A stretch of DNA of 64,000 nucleotides from the human T2T-CHM13v2.0 reference genome, Homo sapiens, in NCBI RefSeq assembly GCF_009914755.1, contig NC_060939.1; one strand, written 5' to 3'. The notes under the pieces are model-generated. The model did no database searches, was not told the DNA's origin, and saw only the letters and a list, made by a program, of their open reading frames with translations. The number at the start of each line of letters is the position of its first letter. Within the stretch, counting starts at the first letter, position 1. Position numbers and translations under genes: made by a program. Below, piece by piece: positions 56,085-64,000 of the stretch.

Positions 56085-57040
56085 ATTCATTCATTCATTC
56101 ATTCATCATGCACACATGTTCTCAGTTTCCTCCATGTGCCAGACACTGTTCTACAGGTTTTCATTCCCTGAAGCTTTCCTTCTATTTGGGGAAAGGTGAG
56201 TAATAATTAATTAGACCAATAAATAAGTAACATGCATGGAGCTCACGATAAACACTATGAAGACAACCAATAGGGTAATCATGAGTGTGTGTGTATGTGT
56301 GTGGGGGGATGTGTGTGTGGAGGACATGGCAGAGGGGAAGCTAGAGGGAAATCAGTGGTGACATCTCTGCTTGTCTCTGAATGAGACAAGGGAGCCAGGC
56401 ATGTGAAGATCTGGGCCGAAGGGTGTCTGGAAGAGAACAACAAAGGTAAAAGCGCTGAGCTCAAAATAACTTCGATCTATTTAAAGATCAAGAAGAAGTT
56501 CAGTGTGGCTATTTATCACCTAGTGAGGGGCAAAGAGGGTCATAATGAGGCCACAGACATAGTCAGGGGCCACAATAAAAAGATTAGATTTTATTTTAAT
56601 AAAAACCCAGTATCAGCAAATACTACATATAGTAACTCATTTAGTTCTCACAAAATGGTATGAGATTATCAACCCCATTTTACAGTGCAGAAAACTGAGG
56701 CATGGGGTAATTAAGATTTGAACTCAGAGCTAAATCCAGGACTTGGTTGCAGAGCTGTGCTGTCAGCCACCATATGTATAATAAAATGGAATCCACTGGG
56801 TGGTTTCAAGCAGGGTGACATGACCTGCATTAGATTTCTCAAAGTTTGGGATACGTGATGGGAGAGGAGAAGATGCAGGGGAGAACAGGTAGGAGCTGCT
56901 TCAAGAATCCAGACAATAGCTGGCTTGGGTGAGGGTGGTGGCCTTGAAGAAGGAGAAGAGTAGAGGGATTTGGGGTGTCTTTGGATGCACTGGATGTGTC
57001 TGGTGAGAGCAGAGAGGAATCAGATATGACTTAGATTGCA
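56085..57040 (-). mobile_element. L2a-like, with a MIR at ~56610-56770
   Basis: (attc)n 3' terminus, atgtgccagacactgttcta, ggagccaggcatgtgaagatctggg; ccccattttacag...aaactgaggca. Confidence 0.75.
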
Positions 57041-57635
57041 GAGGAGGCTGTTGAATCTCTGCCCTCATAAGGCTTATGGTTAAGTGATCCAATCAAATGC
57101 TCATTTATTTATTTTTTTATTTGGAGAGACCAGTTTGCTGGTGTTCTTGGCTTATCCACTCATACAATCACGTGATTGGCTTTATGCCACTGAGGGAGGG
57201 CTATATCTTTGCTGAGGAGGGCTTGGTATAGAAACACATGTTAATTTCACCTGATCTTCTGCTCCCGGGACTCTGGATGTCCAAATATATAGTGAAGCCA
57301 CAGTTTATTTTCTCCGTCTCCAGCCCCACTGACTCAGGGAGAATGCCTGGGCTGCAATTTGAGTCTTTAACCTTGGCCCAAGCTGAGAGAAGCTGGAGTT
57401 CTGGATGCTTTTATTCTCTAGAAGTACTGAGCTATACGAGTACCCTGAATGTGCCAGGCTCCTTCAGCCCTCTCATCTGTGCTCTTTTTCTTCCCCAAAG
57501 TGCTCTCTCTTCCATTGTTTGTCTTCCTCCTCACCCTTCAGATTTCAACTCGGCACCTTAGCCCTCTGCAAAGTCCTTCCTGACTTTCCTCAGCTGACTA
57601 GCCCCACTCCTCAACTGCGCTCCTCAGGAGCAGGG

Positions 57636-57818
57636 TATGTGTGTGATTGTGTGTGTGTGTGTGTGTGTGTGTGTTTGTATGTGCATGCATGCCTGTGTAT
57701 GTATCCGTTGTGTGCATGTTTGTGCATGTGATTGGTTGTGCGTGTGCATGCATGTGTGTGTGCATGTATGTAGTCGTGTGTATGTTTTTGTGTGTGTGTG
57801 TTGGTGTGCATATGTGTA
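57636..57818. repeat. (TG)n microsatellite with degenerate TGCA/TGTA extension
   Basis: Directly visible. Confidence 0.93.
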
Positions 57819-59021
57819 TTTCATCTTGATATCCGCAGCATCTAGCATAATACCTGTTATACAGGAGTGGGGACTGCAAAAGGAGGCTTTAGCTTTTGAA
57901 CAAAGAAGTCAAGGAAGATCAGTAAAGGAATAGAGGAAGGAGGCATGGCGATAAACCTTGTATGTCAGCCTCTGTAACTGAAGCTAAGATGGCTTCATTG
58001 TGGCCTTTGCTTTCCCAAGTAGGTGCAGTGTGAGGAAAACCAGAGTGAGACATGAACCCTGGTGAATGTGGCACTTCCTCAGGGGATGACCCTTGGCATA
58101 CTGGTAAGTCAAGTTGTGGGGATCCTTGCTTCCATACTAGCTCAGGGTGAACAAGCTTTTCCAGTGGAAATGTTCAACCATTTTCCTCCATTATTTTTCT
58201 TTCCCGGAGCAAATTTACATTCATGCAATAATTACCTCATTCAGATTCCCCCAAAATGTCATTGGATTCTAGAGGTGCTGCAGCTGACTTGGCGCTTCCT
58301 CATGTCAGCATCGTTGAATTCCTTCATCTGGGCAAACTGAGAACTGTGCCAGTATTTACCTTCCATTATACAGCAGGGGCAGAACAGGGGAGAATGGGGA
58401 AAAATAGGTGGGCTTAAGGAAAAGAAAACTATGAGTTTGTGAAAAAAAGCAATTTTGAAGGAAAGAAGAGAAAACGAGATCCATCAATTATGTTATTAAA
58501 TATATTATGAAATTTTGTATTTCCATATGCATTCCTCTTTTAGTTTTTATTCTCTCATCGCTGTCTCACTAGACTTTGATGGTGCACAGCCCACATGCTG
58601 TAGGAAAAAAGACCACAGATTTGGAGTTCAAAAACAAGACTTTGCTGTTTATAAGAATTGCATTTCTGGAAAGGAGGGGGACTGTCTACACCAGCCAGCA
58701 ACCTCATACGTTAAAAGACCAGGCTTTCTTTCACACTTGAGTAAAATCCAAGACCCCTTCTAAGATTTGCCTTGTCACCCACCAGGGAAGAGAAGCCCCA
58801 TGATCCACAGGTAGGGAGGGTGGGACATGAAGATACCTCCCAGGGGAGGAGGAGGAGGAGGGCCTTGGGGTCACCAGCCAAACTTTCAAAAAGTCTAGTT
58901 GGTAGGGGTACTGTATTTGAAAGAGGCCTGCATATTTGTTCTGAAAAATATTTAGGATCATAACAGGTTACTATATTTGTGTAAGGGAATAAAATGAGGG
59001 TTGTCTATAAAGGAATCATAG

Positions 59022-59379
<358 letters not shown>

Positions 59380-59469
59380 CTTTTTTAACTTTTAGAATAG
59401 GTGGCACAAGATCTGAAGTTACAGAGGGGCTGATTTCCTGGACACATGATCCAGATGCCATAGAAACGT

Positions 59470-59935
59470 TGAAAATGACTTAAGTGCCATCTCTGTCCTC
59501 CAGGTGTTCTCAGTGTGGTGGGGAGACAGACGAGCAAATTGATAAATTATACGGTAGGTGGAAGGTGTGATAGTAGTAAGATAAATCGCCTGTGAGGAGA
59601 ATGTGTGGCAGGGAATAATTTGGCTTTGGCCAAGGGTATCAGGGAGTTTGCATTCAGGAGACACCATCTGAGCTGTGTTTTTATGGAAGATTAGGTATGT
59701 TTCTGGCATAAGGAGAAGGACTGATGAAGGGGAAGGGGCACTCCAGCAGAAGCCATGGCACATGGGAGGGCAGAGCACCATGACCCACCAGGGCTGGTAT
59801 ATTGGGGGACCCGTGAGAAGTTAGGTGGTGCTGGGGTGTAGGGCTTCGGGAAGAGCAGTGGGAGATGATGTTGGAGGCATGTGGGAGAACTCTGGAGGCC
59901 AAGGTGGGGGTGTTTTGATTTATTCCTGCAGTCAT
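59470..59935 (-). mobile_element. L2
   Basis: tcagggag...catctgagctg...gaaggggcactccagcaga...gatttattcctg. Confidence 0.55.
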
Positions 59936-60061
59936 ACTAGTTAAACTGAAGGTCTATGTGGCTGCCTGCCCACCTCCCCCTTTAAGAGGAGGTAAGTAAC
60001 TTCTCCTGAGTTACTTGCTTAAGAAACTTTGGGATTTACAGTTCCAAGCTGCAGCCTTCTC

Positions 60062-60811
60062 AGTTGGTTTGTTAGGATTGCCAAAACAAAGCACCACAAA
60101 CTTGATGGCTTCCTTATCTCACAGTTCTGGAAACCAGAAGTCTGAGGTCAAGGTGTCAGCAGGCTGGCTTCCATCGGAAGGCTGTGAGGGAGAATCTCTT
60201 CTAGGCCTCTCTCTCTCCCCTGGCTTCTGGTGGTTTCTTGGAAGCTCTGGCATGCTTTGGCTTATAGAAGCATCAACCCAATCTCTGTCTTCTTTTATTA
60301 TTTTTTTTAGAGAGGGGATCTCACTTTGTCACCTAGGCTGGAGTACAGTGGCACCATCATGCTCACTGCAGCCTTGAACTCCAGAGCTCAAGCCACCCTC
60401 CTGCCTCAGCCTTCTGAGTAGCTGTAACCAGTGGCACATGCCATCACGCCCGGCTAATTCTTAACATTTTCTTGTAGAGACGGGGTCTCACTTTTTTGTC
60501 CAAGCTGGTCTCGAACTGGCTTTAAGAAATCCTTTCACTTTGGTCTCCCGAAGTGCTTGGATTACAGGCATGAGCTACTGCCCCTGGTCACCCACCTCTG
60601 CCTTCATTTTCATATCACGTTCTCCTGTGTCTGTTTCCAAATTTCCCTTTTTATAAGGACACCAGTCACACTGGATTAGGGCCCACTCTACTCAAATAAT
60701 GACCTCATCCTAATATAACTGTAATGATCCTATTTCCAAATAATGTCACGTTCTGAGGTACTGGGCATTAGGGCTTCAACATATGACCTTTTGTGGGACA
60801 CAATTCAACAC
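60062..60811 (-). mobile_element. MLT1C-like LTR split by an AluJ
   Basis: ctcacagttctggaaaccagaagtctgaggtcaaggtgtcagcagg | tttataaggacaccagtca...ggattagggcccac...ttctgaggtactggg. Confidence 0.88.
60293..60589 (-). mobile_element. AluJ (Jo-like)
   Basis: gctcactgcagccttgaactcc; TSD acccaatctctgtcttc / acccacctctgccttc. Confidence 0.9.
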
Positions 60812-61886
60812 CTTTTCGGCCTAAAGTTTCCCGTGGGAGAAGAGAGAATAAGGAAGATGGAGAGAATGAAGCTGAATGTGGTGTTTGAACATCCATTCCG
60901 CTGGCTATATAGGGAGGTTTTAAGGACATTCTGTAAAAATCTTTGTGCTCCATTTAAGCTTCTCCAGCCAGGCCCAGGGCTCCATGTTTCTCTGAAAGTT
61001 CATTCAAAAATGGCTTTCACCTCTGCTGTTCAGGTATAGTCTGAGAGGAGCTAAGGATACCATAGTTGTTTCTTAATCTCTTATGAAAAAAGACTAAGTA
61101 TTTCAGAGCTCTGAAAAGGTGGAATCTTTAGCTAGAAAATACGGTGTTATTTGCCCTCTTCTGTGTCGTTGACTTTGTCCTGTGGGTGTGGACTTTCTAC
61201 CAGAGTGGGAAAGACAGAAGTGAGATTGTAAGTTAGACAAGCTAGCAAGGCGGGACATTGGAGACAGGTCAGATTTGGGAGCAACGGTGTTTGTGTCTCT
61301 TGAAGCTTAGGTTATTTCCAGGAAGAAATAGAGAGAAATTCAAAAGTGGATCCCAAAGCATTTCGGTTCTTCAAGCACCATAATTGTGTAAATCTCATTC
61401 TGAGATTTACGCTAATTCCCAACCAGCAGGATGGAGAATCATACAGGAGACCCTGAGGCTGTACTGAGGACCAGCACAGCCTCCCACCTAGAGCTGAACT
61501 CAGCCCCTGACTCAACGACTGGATCTGCAAGATCCTAGGATCTGACCATAGAATCCAGAGCTCACATTCCCGGCCTCCCTTGCAGCCAGAATGCAGCTGT
61601 GTGGGATTTCAATGGCTTAATGTGAGCAATTTGAGGAAAGTAGGACCCATTGTTGGTGATCGTTATGGCATCTGGATTTCAGATGCTGCAGGCGTGGTTT
61701 CCCAGAGGCTGCAGAGTCAAGTTCCTGACTTACAGGTGGCTTGCCTGCTCAGGACATGGGGGCCAGGGTGATAAGGTCAGCTTCTTGGTATTTCATTGAA
61801 CTCAGTGCTGGGTAGCAGCCATGGAGGCTGTTTTCACATCAGGTCAGACCTGCAGCTCATATTTTGAGTGTTGCTTCTAGATACTT

Positions 61887-62270
61887 AAGAAAATGTGGCA
61901 CATATACACCATGGAATACTATGCAGCCATAAAAAAGTTCATGTCCTTCATAGGGACATGGATGAAGCTGGAAACCATCATCCTCAGCAAATTAACAGAG
62001 GAACAGAAAACCAAACACCGCATTTTCTCACTCATTAGTGGGAGCTGAACAATGAGAACACATGGACACAGGAAGGGGAACATCACACACGAGGGCCTGT
62101 TGGCAGGTGGGGAGAAAGGGGAGGGAGAGCATTAGGACAAATACCTAATGCATGTGGGGATTAAAACCTGGATGATGGGTTGATAGGTGCAGCAAACCAC
62201 CATAGCACATGTATACCTATGTAACAAACCTGTACGTTCAGCACATGTATCCCAGAACTTAAAAAAAAAA
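61887..62270 (+). mobile_element. L1PA8-10-like 3' end
   Basis: aagaaaatgtggcacatatacaccatggaatactatgcagcc...gcacatgtatcccagaactt plus A tail. Confidence 0.92.
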
Positions 62271-62321
62271 GCATGACAGACACAGTGTGTTTAAAATGCT
62301 TTGTGCTAAAAATATAGACCA

Positions 62322-62432
62322 AAAAGGAAGGAAGAAGGAGGAAAGGAAAGAAGAAGGAAGAAGAAAGGAAGAAGGAAGAGAGAGGAAGGAAGCAAGAAGG
62401 AAGGAAGCAAGAAGGAAGAAAGGAATAGAAAG
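62322..62432. repeat. GA-rich (GGAA/GAA) low-complexity tract
   Basis: Directly visible. Confidence 0.9.
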
Positions 62433-63334
62433 GCTGACCAATAAATTGGAATCTGAAAGCTCTGGTTTTAGAGCAGGGCAGTGAATTTGGGCAAGTTCCT
62501 GCCCATTCTCCATCTCTAGAGAATTCATAGTATTAATGGGGATTTAAGGCCTCTCAGGTTTAAATGTCCTTTGAAACAATGTAATAGTTCAATGTCTTTA
62601 TGACATTTACTTTGAGTTTTTATTTTTTGCCATCAAAAAGGTGGAATAAGATTTAGATGGGACCACAGTCACTGATTTAGATCAATGTAATAAAAATACA
62701 ATGTGTTTTTTTCTTGCTCCAGGATACTGGAGGCAGCAGCCTACTGCTTCCCCCATGGCAGACATGTGGCTAGGGGTGCAAGTCGGAAGAGTGAGTGGGG
62801 CTGCCGCAGGCTTTGCCCAGGCTCCCCTGCACCTGCGGGAAGGCTTCTCCTTGGCGGGTAAGTTTTGCACCATGAAGCAGCACGTTCCTATCTTTCACTG
62901 TGTGATGTAAAAATCTGTGAGATGAAAATATAAATCTATGAGGCCATTTATCAAAGCCTCAGCATTGTTAAATCAGTGAACTGTGCACCAGCACATTTGT
63001 TCTTATGAAGCATTGAACTGGCAGTACCCAGTGACTGTCACTGCATTTGCCCAGGGGACCCAGCCCCAGTAAGGTGGAAATACAACTTAACTAGTTTCCT
63101 TAAGAAAGACCACACAGCCTGGCCCTGCTTGGTGACGTGGAGCACGCATCAAGTTTGTTCACTCTCTGTTCAGTTCCCCTTTTTCTGCGTCAAGAAGCTG
63201 TTGCCCACAGAGGTGGATTGAACACCCTTATTTCAAGGTGGGAAATGGCCTAGAAGTTGGAGCCTTGTTTACCACAAGAAACTGTTCGCCATTTCCAAAT
63301 TCTTCTCAACTAGAAAGGAGTGCAGTGGTACAAG

Positions 63335-64000
63335 TGAAACAGGAAAAATTCCATTGTCCCCCTTGCAGGGTGTGCAGTGGGGGTGTGGCTTGCTTCTTCA
63401 GTGCCCTGCTGCTCGGATCTCTAGGGGAGCATACAGACAGGCAGGCTGTGGGCTTTGACCCCACGGCAGTGTCTGGGGGTGAATGTTTACAGCTGAAGCC
63501 CCAGTGGGCGTGTGTTGCAAGGGGGCTCCTTTAGTTTAGCTGTCCCTAAGTGGCTTATGTTAGTCAGCCCAATTAGACCTGTGCCTTATCACAAGGACAG
63601 AGGGCTTTCTGTATCCCCGGGTTCTTGCCTTGGTGTACCGTAAGAATCGGATCACACATGGGCTTGGAGAATGAGTGCAAGGTTTTATTGAATGGAGTAG
63701 CTCTCAGTAGATGGGGGAGCCAGAAGAGAGATGGTTTTCCCCTGGAGTCAGGCTGTTTGGCGGCTGAATCTTCTCCAACAGTCCAGGTCAAACTCCACAT
63801 TGTTCCGTGGGTCAATGGCCTGCTGGTGTGCTGCAGTGCTCCTACATGGGTGCGTTCCTCTTGACGTCCAGCCACCCGTGTGTTCCTCCGTTGATGTGCT
63901 CCTCTTGATGTCCAGCCGCCTGTGTGTCTGCCAGCTAGGGTCTCAGGATTTTTATAGGCACAGGATGTGGGTGTGGCAGGCCAGGGTGGTCTTGGGAAAT
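63335..64000 (-). mobile_element. LTR1-family ERV1 LTR, running off the window end
   Basis: tgaaacaggaaaa terminus, ttcttgccttggtgtacc, gagaatgagtgcaaggttttattg; minus-strand AATAAA at 63684-63689 and TATAAAAA at ~63949-63956. Confidence 0.75.

Noticed and set aside
57598-57933. Cys/Val- and His/Thr-rich ORFs
   Set aside because: Translations of the (TG)n microsatellite

Overview
Primate (human-like) intergenic or intronic DNA, dense in interspersed repeats, with no intact protein-coding gene, RNA gene or CRISPR array that I can support. The main gene-derived feature is a 5'-truncated, frameshifted, intronless ARL2BP (BART) processed pseudogene on the minus strand (~9745-11960), whose inferred 3'UTR is interrupted by two AluSc-like elements. 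The rest is Alu/FLAM, MIR, L2, L1 (including a 2.85-kb L1PA7-like ORF2 fragment with TSDs), MaLR LTRs (MLT1/MST), MER21, an LTR1-type ERV1 LTR, DNA transposon remnants (MER5, MER44, MER63, MER102) and simple repeats. The most unusual observations are several small locally templated duplications or inversions, a sense Alu with T18 where its poly-A should be, two repeat-free motif-dense candidate enhancers (one with an exact PBX-MEIS decamer), and a candidate exonised antisense AluJ. I do not see a clearly new biological system. Repeat subfamily names and the ARL2BP protein come from my recall of consensus sequences, not from a database search, and boundaries of old repeats are approximate.
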